DNA of 62,690 bases, counting the filler, from Choristocarpus tenellus KU-1152 (taxonomy: Eukaryota; Protista; Phaeophyceae), in NCBI GenBank assembly GCA_964200185.2. It is 10 parts of 10 records of this genome, joined end to end, with 100 filler letters (N's around TTAATTAATTAA, not from the genome) between each part and the next. Parts side by side here need not be neighbours in the genome. Positions count along the whole stretch, not along the records: positions 44,359 to 55,103 come from CAXNAD020002741.1; positions 55,204 to 59,258 come from CAXNAD020016454.1; positions 59,359 to 62,690 come from CAXNAD020020747.1; 7 more parts are not named here. One strand, written 5' to 3'. The notes under the pieces are model-generated. The model was given only the letters and a program-made list of their open reading frames with translations. It was not told the origin of the DNA and did no database searches. Shown here one piece after another: positions 51,327-62,690 of the stretch. The position numbers and the translations under genes are program-made. How positions within the stretch are numbered: position 1 is the stretch's first letter; each line of letters starts with the position of its first letter.

Positions 51327-52885
51327 CAGTTCGTGCCAAAAGTATAAGACCACCTGTAAATCGTAGAAAAAGCAAGGAGAACTAAATTATAAACAGGCAT
51401 CTTTTTATCCAGTCGAATTCATTCTACCTCTTGCCCCTCTCTGCTTGGCTGGAGATCTTGTGCAACCGTCAAAGGTGGGTAGGTACGAAACGTGTCGTGA
51501 AAGGTTGAGACAAAAGTATAAGACCAGATGAGAAAGATGGTGATAAAGTGCTATTTAATAAGATGCTTTAGCTCCTTTTCTTTCAATTACTTGGATACAA
51601 CGTTTGATCATGGATGATACCAGTTTTTCCGTAGTTTCAACCTCAATGTCGTCCCAAGCTTTCTTCGTACACTCCATCAGCTCGAAGCGTGATGAGTACT
51701 GTTTTCCATGGGCATAAACTTTGCGAGCCATGATCCCCCAGAGGTTCCCTATTGGATTGAGATTGGGGGATTTCGGTGACCACTCCAGTACATGGATATC
51801 ATGCTCCTGGAACCATTCTTTCGTCACCTTTGATATGTGGATGGGTGCATTGTCGTGCTGTAGATTGCATTCGCCACCATAAGTACGACGGGAAAAGGGC
51901 AGAAAGTACTCCGAGAGTGTCCGTATATATGCCTCTGAATCTCGGTTGCCCTCCAGGATTGCCAGTTAAGTATTACCAAAGAAGGAAAACTCAGCCCATA
52001 TCATCACCCTACCACCACCTCTCTGCTGGCTCACAAACTCCTCAGGCTCATTCCTCAGATCATGCCAGTACATTTGGAGGCTATCCGGTCCATCTAGGTT
52101 GAATTTCTTTTCGTCTGTAAATACGACATTACCCCATCCTGGCCCCCGTGAGACATTTTCCATGGCAAACCGAACCCGTACTTCCTTGTGCCGAGGTGTC
52201 AGGTCGGGGGTCGACATTCACATACTGTACACGATCGTTTCATCATCATACAGACAGTGCTGGACTGTACGTACGCTACAGTCAAGATTGAGAGCGTTTC
52301 GGAGCTCCCTAGCACTCAACTCGGTGTGTTTTGCATGCTGGACAACCTGACGACGGGCAGAAGAGGTGAGTTTGGACGGCCTTCCTGACTTGGGTGCACT
52401 TCCATACGATGATGGATGCTTCAGGAACTGTGTTACCACAGTTTTCGACCACCTAATGAGCTCCGTGATCTTCCTATGGCTCTCTCCAATCTTGTGGAGG
52501 GCCAGAATCATCCCTTTCTCCATCTTAGTGAGTTTCGACCCTCGAGGCATGACTCGGACAGTGTTGAGAAACTTGGCGCATGTAAGGCTCGTTGCCGGAA
52601 GCTAGCAGTTGAATTACATGATAAAGCACAGACTGAATTATTGTCTGCAGGGTATTGTCCACTTTATCACCATCTTTCTCATCTGGTCTTATACTTTTGT
52701 CACAACCTTTCACGACACATTTCGTACCTATCCACCTTTGACGGTTATAGAAGATCTCCAGCCAAGCAGAGAGGGGCAAGAGGTAGAATGAATTCGACTG
52801 GATGAAAAGATACCTGTTTATAATTTAGTTCGCTCCTTGCTTTTTCTACGATTTACGGGTGGTCTTACACTTTTGGCGCGGACTG
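51327..52885 (-). mobile_element. Tc1/mariner (Tc3-like, DD34E) transposon with ~225-bp IR/DR terminal inverted repeats
   Basis: TIRs 51327-51550 and 52660-52885 begin CAGT, and each carries two copies of CAAAAGT(A/G)TAAGACCA. Flanked by TA on the right and TG (mutated TA) on the left. Removing the element restores the Gypsy frame YLGHV|LSSEGIR. Confidence 0.95.
51555..52550 (-). pseudogene. Tc3-like transposase pseudogene
   Basis: MPRGSKLT..., VVFTDEKKFNLDGPD, GGGRVMIW, HDNAPIH, WSPKSPNLNPIGNLW (catalytic E replaced by G). In-frame stop at 52218-52220 and further lesions near 51966. Confidence 0.93.
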
Positions 52886-55800
52886 TACATGACCCAGATA
52901 ATGTACTTCTTTAGGTCCAAATTAGATCTTTGACGGTTTCAAGGTTAAACCTGCTGTTTGCAAGCATTGAATTGCTGCTCTAATAGATGTAAATGTCCTT
53001 CCCATGGGGGAGAACAAGCTATCAAATCATCAATGTAAACCAGCAAACGACTAAGTGGTCCAAAATTGGAAAATTCTAATGATATTATCCTTTGAAATTG
53101 CCAAGGGGCATTTGATATTCCAAACGACATCTTCTTAAAAAACACATTTGCCATTGGAAATGAATATGCAGTTTTATCAGTATCATGTTCAGCCACTGGG
53201 ATTTGTCAGTATGCACTCTGAATATCACAAACGGTGATGAATTTAGCACTACCCACGGTATCAATATGAGTCTATGTATTACGCATTGGTCAAATCTGTT
53301 AAACAAGGTGTTCATTAACAGTTGAACGGTACTCTACACAAAAACGTGGGGAGCCATCAGATTTGACAACGATGGTAACAGGACTAACCCAAGGGCTGGC
53401 ACGCTTTTCAATAATGCCTTGCTCTTCCATAGTGTTAACATACAAGTAAATCACTTGTTGAGTACGGGGGTTTGCTCTACATGTGTTCCTATCAACAGAC
53501 TTGGTACTAGGTTCTATGGGGATTTCTGCTTCAGCTAGAGTACATCTACCCAGTTCTCTTGCATTCAACGAAAATACTGATCAATAATGAGCACAGAGGT
53601 CTAAAAGTTGAGACACATGTGACTGATTGAATGTGGTACTTTTGAATGCATTTGTCTTATTGAAAGGTTGATGTAACTCCTCTCTACCTATAGTGAATGA
53701 GGCAGAATCGGAATTTAGAGCACTAACAGTGGGTGGTATTTGATTGGAAATTGGGAATAAATGACCAATCACAAGATGTTTCTTGATACGGACCCTACGT
53801 GCAGGTAGGTTTGCCAATTGAACCAATACTGATCTATTACTTACTGACCAAGTACTGAGAGTGAGAGCAGCTATGATACGATTTCATGGGTGTGTAGGTT
53901 CGTTGTTGGATCTACATCAGGTATAGAATGTATGACTGGCTCCACTACAACGGCAGTGTTAAGAGACGTGCTAGCAGCTGTGCAATATACGATGATTTCA
54001 TGACCAGCTGGTATGTAGTATTGTCTATGTACACAAAATGGTATAGGGTCAAAATCATGTTATACACTCACAACAGAACATGAAGGAGTAGTATTTGTAT
54101 CACGTACTTGTTGTGTGGGGCTCCTGGTCATGTGATGTTTTGCTGGAATGGTACACAAGCTGTTGTTGAACGAGGGGCGCTGTTCTTGCCAATCAAGGAT
54201 TGCACGTAAGGGCTGCATGACACTATTATCAAAGATAATTTTATTGGGACCAAGTTGGGGATCACTAACTTCAACGGGCAATGTGGTGTCACCATGTGTC
54301 AGTGCAAAATGAATAAATCCACGAATATGCAGTGGTGTACTTTTAGTAGTACGTAGATTAATATGGCAACATGTGGGACAGGGTGCACATCAAAACGTTT
54401 TAATTGAGGGTGATTGCGAACAAATATCTCTGAAGTTCATGGTACATCCCTTGGTGTGTCAGTGGTTAAGTCATTTTCCTCTTTTTCTTCAATGGTGCAA
54501 GATATGTGAACACTTTCTGACGAAAAAGGTATGGTTTTGGCAAGATGGTTATCATCATATAGAACTGTTAAACCAAGTTGATTATTATTGCATCAGTTTG
54601 GTTGAACTAAGGGCAAATAGAAATGCTTAGTCACATGCGTACAAGTGGTAAACAATGCCTGAGGAGCAAGTGGTGGAACTGGTGTCAATCTTTGACGCTT
54701 GCCACTCCCTGCGATGGTGTCAATGGCACCATGCTTGTTCCTGAATGGACAGGAGTCAAATCCACCTGGGCATCCCTATGGACAAGGAGTAGAGTGACCC
54801 GGGAGTGACTGTTTATCCTCACAACTACAACATCCACAAAATTTCCCTCTATGGTGTAAGTATGACCCATGAGTACCATCTGGATTGTCTAAGCACGACT
54901 GGGTCGAGAGACCTTCATGAATTGTCACCTGGCAACCAGGGTACTGGCACGCACTACACACTGCTTTGTTGTACGTCAACATCATAATGGGATCTAGCTG
55001 GGGTCTCTACATGATGTGGGAGATCCAATGGTCATGACATTGATCGATCTATCGGATGGGCTGTCTGTTCAATTTGACTCTTTCAACTCTATTGCACAGT
55101 TCCNNNNNNNNNNNNNNNNNNNNNNNNNNNNNNNNNNNNNNNNNNNNTTAATTAATTAANNNNNNNNNNNNNNNNNNNNNNNNNNNNNNNNNNNNNNNNN
55201 NNNTTGCTAATAGCGGGAATAGCCAACCGTTGCCTTCAACTCCGGGAAAGATCTTGGCCAATCTGTACCTCGTTCCTGCCTCCAACACGTGTCACTGTCG
55301 TAACCTACAGACAGGCCAGCGTCCTCGACAATGACTTCGTTCAAACTATTTCGCCCTGCAAGCCGCCTCCATTAGACGCGTTAACCACGTCAACCATATC
55401 GTTTGCTCTGCTCGATTGACATGCTAACGTTCTTCCATTACACTTTCCCATTTTTTATGTCACCATCGTCCCCTCCTCTCCTCAAGAACGTTCTCTGCCG
55501 TGTCCACCACCAGGTTCTCGAGAAGGACTCGACGCTACGCGCTTACCTCACCACCTGGGATGGGCAATACCAGGATGTCCTCAACCAGGTCAACCTTGAT
55601 CTCGTCCACAGTGGGCGGGGCTGTGATGGCAGCGGCGCTGACGTCGAGAGCAACAACAGATCAGAAGCAGATGGCGGGGGGAAAGAAGACGAGGGAGGGT
55701 ACGAACACAAAGGAGGGGACGAAGACAAGGGAGGGGACGGACTGCCAGGCAGGGAGGATACAGGCGAGGGGGGTTCTGTCGACAGCGTTCCTGATGTGGA

Positions 55801-55911
55801 AGAAGAACAAAATGGCCATGGAGGGTGGAATGCCGGCGTTTGCTGTACTGAATGCAATCCTCCACCTACGGCTCGGTGAGTAATGTAGTTCTAATGGTGC
55901 ACACGCGGATG

Positions 55912-56166
55912 GAGTGAAAGTATCTTAGAGGGTACGAGTTTTGCCCTTTTTGTCCATTTGGGGCTTCGCTTCCGATGGGGTTTTTATGGTATTTTGCTAC
56001 TCCAAAATGTTTCGGAGTAGGTAATATGTGTATGTTATGAAAAGGTGTGTCCGGAACAAGGATACTGACACTTCCTAACAAATACAACAGATAAAATTAC
56101 ATGGAAATCGCAACATTGGATTTTGACCCCCAAATTGGCGCGGCCCTACCCTCTATACTTTGACTC
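55912..56166. mobile_element. Sola2-like MITE, 255 bp, TSD GATG
   Basis: GATG|GAGTGAAAGTATCTTAGAGGGTA...TACCCTCTATACTTTGACTC|GATG. Absent at the paralogous site in copy 1 (~1921). Confidence 0.92.
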
Positions 56167-56984
56167 GATGGCGGGTAATCAATGGCGTAAGATTGGTTTT
56201 CATCCGATCGCCCGAACGGCTAACTAAGTTGTCTTGCTTCAGCAATGCATGCCACCACATCGGTGGATGTCGTGGGGTCCCTCTGTGTGTGGCGCTGCGG
56301 TCGCTACCCCCAGGTCTCTTTGTTTGCTACAGCCCGAGTGTGTTAGTGCATGTAGCAACTGACTGTTGTATCTCACCTGTAGTTCGTATTGTTTTGTGCC
56401 GCCAATTTCGTGGTCCTTCGTAGCCGTGGATCCCCGCGTTGTGTAGTTGCGCCCAGTTAATGATGTGGAAAAAATGCTGTTCTGTCTGTTTGACGCTCTC
56501 GTTCGATGCCACGCAAGGCACGTATTCCTGTCCAAGGTGCTCCATCACGCACATGGGCGAATGTGCCAACGTAGAGATTGTGGGTGACGAGAGGCACAAG
56601 GATCGATTATGTATCGATTGCCCCATAGCACAGGAGGGCAGTGAAGGGACAGGACCGATGGGGAACGCAGTGGCAGGTCGGAGCAGGGGCAAGGGTAAGG
56701 GTAAACGTAACGCAAGGAGCATGGGTAGGTCACCCAGCAGGCAAAGCCTTTTACGTCCCCCATCACGCGGCGAAGCGGCGGACATGGAGAAGTGCATGTG
56801 GGTCTTGGCGTGGTTGCACATTATACGGACATACAAGTCGTCTCTGCGTGTTCGGTTTCGCGTTGGTTTGCATGTGGGTCTCGGCTGGTTGTACATCCTG
56901 TGGATTGCTCGTCCTTTGTGTGTTCGGTATGGCGTTTTTTAGGAGGTTTCCATGGGCCATGAAACTTACCTGTTTGACGTGTCC

Positions 56985-57245
56985 GAGCCAAAGTATCTTA
57001 GAGGGTAGAGCCGTGACCATTTGGGGGTCAAAATGCAATGGTGCGATTTTGATGTAATTTTGGCTATCGTGTTTGTTGGGAAGTGTCAATATCCTTGTTG
57101 CGGACACACCTTCTCATAACATACATATTTTACGTACTCCAAAATATTTTGGAGTAGGAAAATGTCATTTAAGAAAACCCGAGGGAAGCCAAGCCCCAAA
57201 TGGACAAACAGGGCAAAACTCGTACCCTCTAAGATACTTTCACTC
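56985..57245. mobile_element. Sola2-like MITE, 261 bp, TSD GTCC, opposite orientation to 55912-56166
   Basis: GTCC|GAGCCAAAGTATCTTAGAGGGTA...TACCCTCTAAGATACTTTCACTC|GTCC. Absent at the paralogous site in copy 1 (~2752). Confidence 0.93.
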
Positions 57246-59358
57246 GTCCCCTCCTTCCACGAGATGTATCTGATGGGTCTGGCATTGTGGAGGGTACGGC
57301 ATAACATTTTGGGGATGCCGGGAAAATATTATCAGGTCCTCACTTATTGATACAATTTCCTGCACCGTTGTTTATGACGCTGTCCTTCTTGTCGTGCTAT
57401 CTGTGTACTGTGTCATGTGCCATGATGTCCAACCAGGGTTGAGAACGCTGCACTACACGACCTTCGCCCTCTCAACCCGACGCTACCCTTAGACAGCCTG
57501 AAAGACTTCGCCTTCCACAACGCGACAAAGCTTGCCATAGCGTCCATCGCCACCGAGCCAAGACTCCTCAACGACGAAGAGGCGACCAATACCCACTTGC
57601 GCCAGGTGATGAGGTACTTGCAGGTGAAGATACATCCTCAGGGCAGCATCGCGCTATTTTTGCCCCACCCGTGGGCCGTGCAATCACATCGCCTACACGG
57701 TGAGTTGCAGAGTTCGCCAGCGCTGAAATACGGGGTGTATTGCGGGAGACTATTGCAATCCGCCATGGCCGTTATCAGTCCGCCTGTGTCTCGATCGGAA
57801 ATGGTGGCGGCCGTTCAAGAGATGTGGATTCTGTCGTGTGTCTTTTATTTTCGCTTTCCCCATGTTGTTTCATCTTCTTCGTACCTTGTATTTCCTTTTG
57901 TGTATTTTGCTCTTCCCCCCCGTGTCCTTCGTAGTTCTTTGTTTGATTGTCCACAAATCGCATGCTGGTGTTACTTGTCTTCACTACATTATTTTTGCCG
58001 TCTTTCCTTCTATTTCAGAATTTCCTATTGTTTGCATTTTTGCATTTGTTATTTGGATTGCATTCCACCCTCGTTGTGCTATTATTATATTAGTGGTATG
58101 CAATTTCATGAAGCTCAACGATGCCGTACGTGTGTGCTGTCACTGTCAAGTTTGACGCATGCCAGACCCACGCGCTCCTCCCGCCTTCTCTTCATTCAGG
58201 GGCTTTTATGGCATCGAAGGTGGGCTTGGTTGTGGAAGATCATCCCCTGCTTATAATGTACAAGACGAGGGGGGGGGGCGCCCTCTCGCAGGCCCTGATA
58301 ACCATCTCAGATGCCACCAGGACATGATTCTTCTCGCCCACAACGATTGGACAGAGTTCACGTGCAACAAGCGAGTCACCATCGATGACATTTTTGGCCA
58401 CGGGAGTGATCCATCTCCTCCGGTGCTCCAAACCATGTGTGACATTGAGTATCAAGATGCTGCGACGGACATCCCCATGAGGGGCCTCCACTTCCTCGTT
58501 AATAGGTTCGTTAATTACGTCACACATGCCCTTCTTCATGGGAGCAACGACTTTTTTTGTATAGGTGTAGATCACCGTTAAACAGTAATGCAACAAGCTG
58601 GGTGATGGTTCAGGGGCGTCAAACCGTACCATGAGTGTGTTTCCCTGAATCAGTACGTTACGTGTCAAACCGCACCATGAGTGTGTTGCCCTGAATCAGT
58701 ACTTCACTCGTACATTGCCATACGATGAATCCATGCGCAATACAATGTACTCCTCTGTATAATTTTCGACTCGCCCTCCTATGATAGGTACACGAATCCT
58801 GGGGACACCGTCGTCTCCTTCAGTGCAGAGAGGCACAACGTGATGGAGGCAGCCCTTGAACGGAGTAGGAGGGTGGAGGTGTTCGTGTCCAATGCAGCAT
58901 CAAAGGACGATGTGAAAGAGAAGATGGAGACCTCCTTCGGCCGAGCCTACAAGGACGGCAAGTGGAAGGTAATAAGGAAGTGCTGGCTTTTTTTCATTTC
59001 TTTCCAACTTCTTGTCTGTCTTGGTTCACTATAGATAGGTGTCAGGCGTGCGGTTGTGGTAGTGCTGTTTCCTTGTCCATGTTTACACGTTGCTAAACAC
59101 GGTGCACGTGGTGACCCACACCACAAACGGAAATCGCGAGACCCCACGACTTTGTGCGTGAGTGTCAGTACGTCGTAATGTCTTCCTTCCCCACACGAAA
59201 AAAAAAATGTGCTGCGGTACACCTCAAGATATTGAACCAACGCTGAAATAACCCCTACNNNNNNNNNNNNNNNNNNNNNNNNNNNNNNNNNNNNNNNNNN
59301 NNTTAATTAATTAANNNNNNNNNNNNNNNNNNNNNNNNNNNNNNNNNNNNNNNNNNNN

Positions 59359-59382
59359 CACACACACCAACAGACACACACA

Positions 59383-59428
<46 letters not shown>
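59359..59428. repeat. (CA)n microsatellite; a (GT)n tract also lies at 61271-61304
   Basis: Seen directly. Confidence 0.95.
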
Positions 59429-59430
<2 letters not shown>

Positions 59431-59788
59431 GATAAAGATGGCACCTGTGCAATGCCCGTCTTTACCTGCTACAACTGATTTGGGTTCATACTGCTAGTAG
59501 GAAAGATCTCTCCTTGTTTTGTATAGTGCATACTCCTTTGTCCTTCTTGAAACATTGGTGCTTAACCTTCACATATCCCTAACCCTCCTTATACACCAAC
59601 TGCCCCTCCGTCTCGTCCCATGGTGTGCCCTATCTCGAATGCAATGGTGATTGAATTGTTTCCGCTTGTGCCCTTGTGTGTGGTGACTGTTTGTGGAAAC
59701 TGTTGGGGCATGCAAACACTGTGTGTGTGTATGTGTGTGTGTGTGTGTATGCCTGCTATTTTATCTCTTGCCTCCGTGAGTGATGTAG

Positions 59789-61266
59789 GTTGATGCAGGC
59801 TTCTTCTTGTACCTGGCTGATAAGGCTGCAAGCGCGAGCACTTCAGAGGAGAGGTATGATTGTGTGCGCACGGAGGAGTGAGAGCGTTTGTTTTGATTGA
59901 CCCCTCTCGCCTCCCGTACCAGACATCTGTTCCAGCAACGAGTTTTCACTACTGCAGCATCGAAAATTGGGACTGGGACGGGTGTGGTAGTGGCGAGTAT
60001 TGCCTCTCTGAAAAACAAAAAACAAAAAACAAAAACACGCTGTAGGACACGAGTATCTGTTTTTGTTTTTTTAAAATTACTTCGTGTGACTGCACTGTTT
60101 GTGTGTGGCATCCCATGCATTTTTATTGTTTTTGTTTTTTTTACAAATTTAGAAGAAGAAAAAAAAGGGGGTCGGAATTGTTATCAAGGTGGTCAACAGA
60201 ACGCCGGGTCCATGGATGGGAAGAGTGTGTCTCACAGTGCATTGTAGTGTGTACTTTGAACTGAGTAAGAGCAGCAATTCTTGAGTTTTTTTTTTTTTCC
60301 TTTCTCTTTCGAGCCCCCTTGGTGATGGGATGCTCTGTAATATATATATATTTTGTTTTTGGTGGTAACGCCTTCCAGAAGAGAGGTGGATGTAGTGAAT
60401 TGAACTCGATCAACCTCTCTCACTCTCTTCCGGCTGTGGTCATCATGGACTGTTGTTGCCTCAATGCACTTGTTGACAGGCTGGGGCTAGTGGCGCTAAG
60501 CGAGGAGATTATGGGGGTGCTGGAAGAGGTGGATCAGGGCAGGGCCAAATTGGTGACCAAGGGTATGAAGTGAGTCTCCATGTGTAGGATTTATGATACG
60601 CTATGTGCAAGGTCTTCCCTTTCTTTTGAGTAGGTTGATGGAGGTTGGTGTTGTTGTCTTTTCCTTCTTATTTGTGTTCACAACAACTTTCTTCAAGTGT
60701 GTTCCTTACAACTAATTGTGTTGTGCTCAAGTGTGTGTGCTATTTGGGGTTGGGTTTAGAGATGTTCAGGTGTTGAGTGTATTGCATGTAGTATTTGAGA
60801 GCAGTGCACTGGTAATAGAGATTGTTTTTAGCATACTATTAAGATCATCCTTGTGCCCTAAACACAGTCAGTCAGTTTTGCCCATATGGTCACCCTCTGT
60901 AGTCCATACAGAGTACATAATGCTTGCCACGACACAGTCTTGTGGAGGGTTCTCCTTTACAAAGGAGTTTTTAAGGTTTGAGCCTTGTGTGCTGCAGGAC
61001 ATCAAACCTCTCTGCCAACACAGAGGTGTGTGAATTGAATAGAGCAACAAAATAGGGTTAGGGTATTTAGGCCTGTGTCCTTCACCTGCCCAGTGATGGT
61101 TGATCCAGTATGTTTGGCTAAGTTTGTCGCCTCATTGGGTGGATGCCTTGAATGTTGTTGCTGTGGGTTGGGACCATTTTTTTTTTTTGTCAGAGAACTC
61201 ATCGACAGAGCAGAGGAGATGCAGAGAGCCAAGAAGGACAGGGACCTTGCTCTGGCTAAAATAAAG
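59789..61266 (+). CDS. Internal exons of an alpha-helical protein of unknown function (59789-59853, 60480-60569, 61194-61266)
   Basis: Three exons with good acceptors and donors and matching phases give VDAGFFLYLADKAASASTSEERLGLVALSEEIMGVLEEVDQGRAKLVTKGMKELIDRAEEMQRAKKDRDLALAKIK. Confidence 0.7.
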
Positions 61267-61268
61267 GT

Positions 61269-61306
<38 letters not shown>

Positions 61307-62588
61307 TGGTGCTCCTGTTACATTTTTCTTGAGCAGTGATCGCATGCGCTCTGCTCTACTCCCCTCCCCCCGCCTTCCAATTGATGAGAATGAAGTCCTT
61401 ACCTTTGCCTTTGCTGGTTTGTTGTCTGAGGGCAGGCTACAGATCCCACGTATGGCAACCAACAGTCACAGTTGCCCTTGGGCAGTGGATATCAGCCCAC
61501 CAGGGAAAATGTCACGGATTGGCAGAACAAGAAAGCTGCTGATGCACCGATTTTTGCATCTAGTATGATGGGGGACCGCAAAAGGTGGGATTTTGACTTG
61601 TCGAGGTGAAGTGGTTAGTATCGGTTAGTATCGGGGTCTTGTGTTGTTGGTGCTGTTCCATGTGCTGATGATGATGTTTGCCAAGAGGTGGGCTATCTCG
61701 AATGGTGTGCTATCTAGCGATAGGGAAGTGGGAAGCTGATGGAAAGTTGTGGTGCAAATAGAAAAAACAGAACGTTTAAGGATGATTCGAAGAGACCTGT
61801 GGCGTCTCTTTTTGTTCTTTCCGCTGTTTTTGATGGTTTTTGATGGTTTTTGATGGTTTTTGATGTATAGAGTGAAAAGGCGGTGAAGACTTGTGGTGCC
61901 TCCGTCCGTCCGTCCGTCCGTCTAGGTTGTGTTAGGGTTATAGGGTGGGCGGGGTTGGCATGATACTTGGTAAAAAAAAAAAGATCTATATATATATATA
62001 TATGTCGGTTTCTGTTTTTAAAAAAGGGAAGAAGTGTGGTTGTTACCTCCCACTTGAGGTCAGCTGAGCTTCATTGCCCCCTGAAACCGCTCAATGTTTT
62101 TTGTCTGGGTCAGGGTACACATCCTCCTTTGCAACGTAGTGTCCATCATCCCTTCTGCTGTGGTTTGATTCAGCTGTAGGACCCCAGGAAGTTGTAACAA
62201 CCACTCAGAGTTCTATTTCGTGGTGTGGAGAATTATGTTTCTGCAGAGTGGTGTTGGGAGAATAATCCTTCCACGCCATGGGAAATCCCTGTTTTGACCA
62301 GTTCATGTGTCCCATGCATGCAGAGTGGTAGTATTGCGCAGTTTGACCTCCAACTAATTTGCCGTAGTGAGCATTCATTTTTCTATGTACATTCTTGTGA
62401 GGCAAGAATACCATTCATCAGTGGGGTGGAGGTAATGTGCAGCGATCAATATGAGCAGTTAGATGGTGAGAAATAATGGGCAGGGGGCAACGAATAGGTT
62501 CATATCATGGTTGCGATGTCTTGTACTCGAACAAACTACTGTAATGTACAACTTCAAGCAGTTGCGGGCGGGCCCCTGTTGTGCCCCT

Positions 62589-62658
<70 letters not shown>

Positions 62659-62690
62659 CCCCCCCTCCCCCCGAAACCCCGAGCACCACC

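Larger units (their letters stand above)
49000..55080 (-). mobile_element. Decayed Ty3/Gypsy LTR retrotransposon (gag-PR-RT-RNaseH-IN) interrupted by a Tc1-family element
   Basis: RT motifs SPWVSPVTIVVKSDGSPRFCVEYR, KTAYS..MSFGISNAPWQFQR and LVYIDDLI; RNase H VHVDASESGAG; RIRWAIALQTY; integrase PFQRVAIDLVEY, LHSDQGTVFEN and TTPYHPQGN, in Gypsy order. Many stops and frameshifts; LTRs not identified, so boundaries are approximate. Confidence 0.92.
55204..59258 (+). pseudogene. Copy 2 of the same repeated gene (collinear with ~1216-4770), truncated by contig ends and carrying two MITE insertions
   Basis: Collinear nucleotide similarity to copy 1 through exons and introns (roughly 80% by eye). 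Exons ..55876, 56447-56797 (CSVC-x13-CPRC-x3-H-x3-C-x15-CIDC), 57437-57699, 58200-58505 (1-nt loss near the G-run) and 58788-58968, all with intact GT/AG. Confidence 0.8.

Noticed and set aside
62459-62689. Poly-Gly/poly-Pro ORFs here and at 6501-6766
   Set aside because: Produced by homopolymer G/C runs at contig or window ends, which are likely of unreliable length.

Overview
Eukaryotic, intron-rich, repeat-rich nuclear DNA. Long GT-AG introns, scattered (TTAGGG)n and a signal-peptide beta-barrel gene suggest a brown alga or related ochrophyte (inference). The window is a concatenation of about ten contigs joined by artificial 100-bp spacers (44N-TTAATTAATTAA-44N), so adjacency across spacers is not evidence of linkage. 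Host genes reconstructed by hand from splice sites: a complete 3-exon signal-peptide beta-barrel-like protein (8179-9435), an MGMT/Ogt (12611-13315, partial), a type II membrane putative sulfotransferase (minus, 16752-21765, partial) head-to-head with a Myb factor (22473-22768, partial), the ARM region of a TRIP12/UPL3-like ubiquitin ligase (29413-35632) and a helical protein fragment (59789-61266). Mobile DNA: a decayed Ty3/Gypsy interrupted by a Tc3-like IR/DR transposon, Copia remnants, a hAT remnant, a DDE-less pogo derivative and a Sola2-like MITE family (GAG...CTC ends, 4-bp TSD shown by empty-site comparison). The most unusual item is a repeated multi-exon gene present in two diverged, independently disabled copies (1-6448 and 55204-59258). 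Once spliced it reads as PHD-like Zn finger + RG-rich linker + beta-class (N4C/N6A) DNA amino-methyltransferase fold with altered catalytic motifs + SET-like domain + acidic tail. This is a candidate mobile chromatin reader or pseudo-writer. Domain calls come from motif recognition by eye and need HMM or structure confirmation. No rRNA, tRNA or CRISPR was seen.
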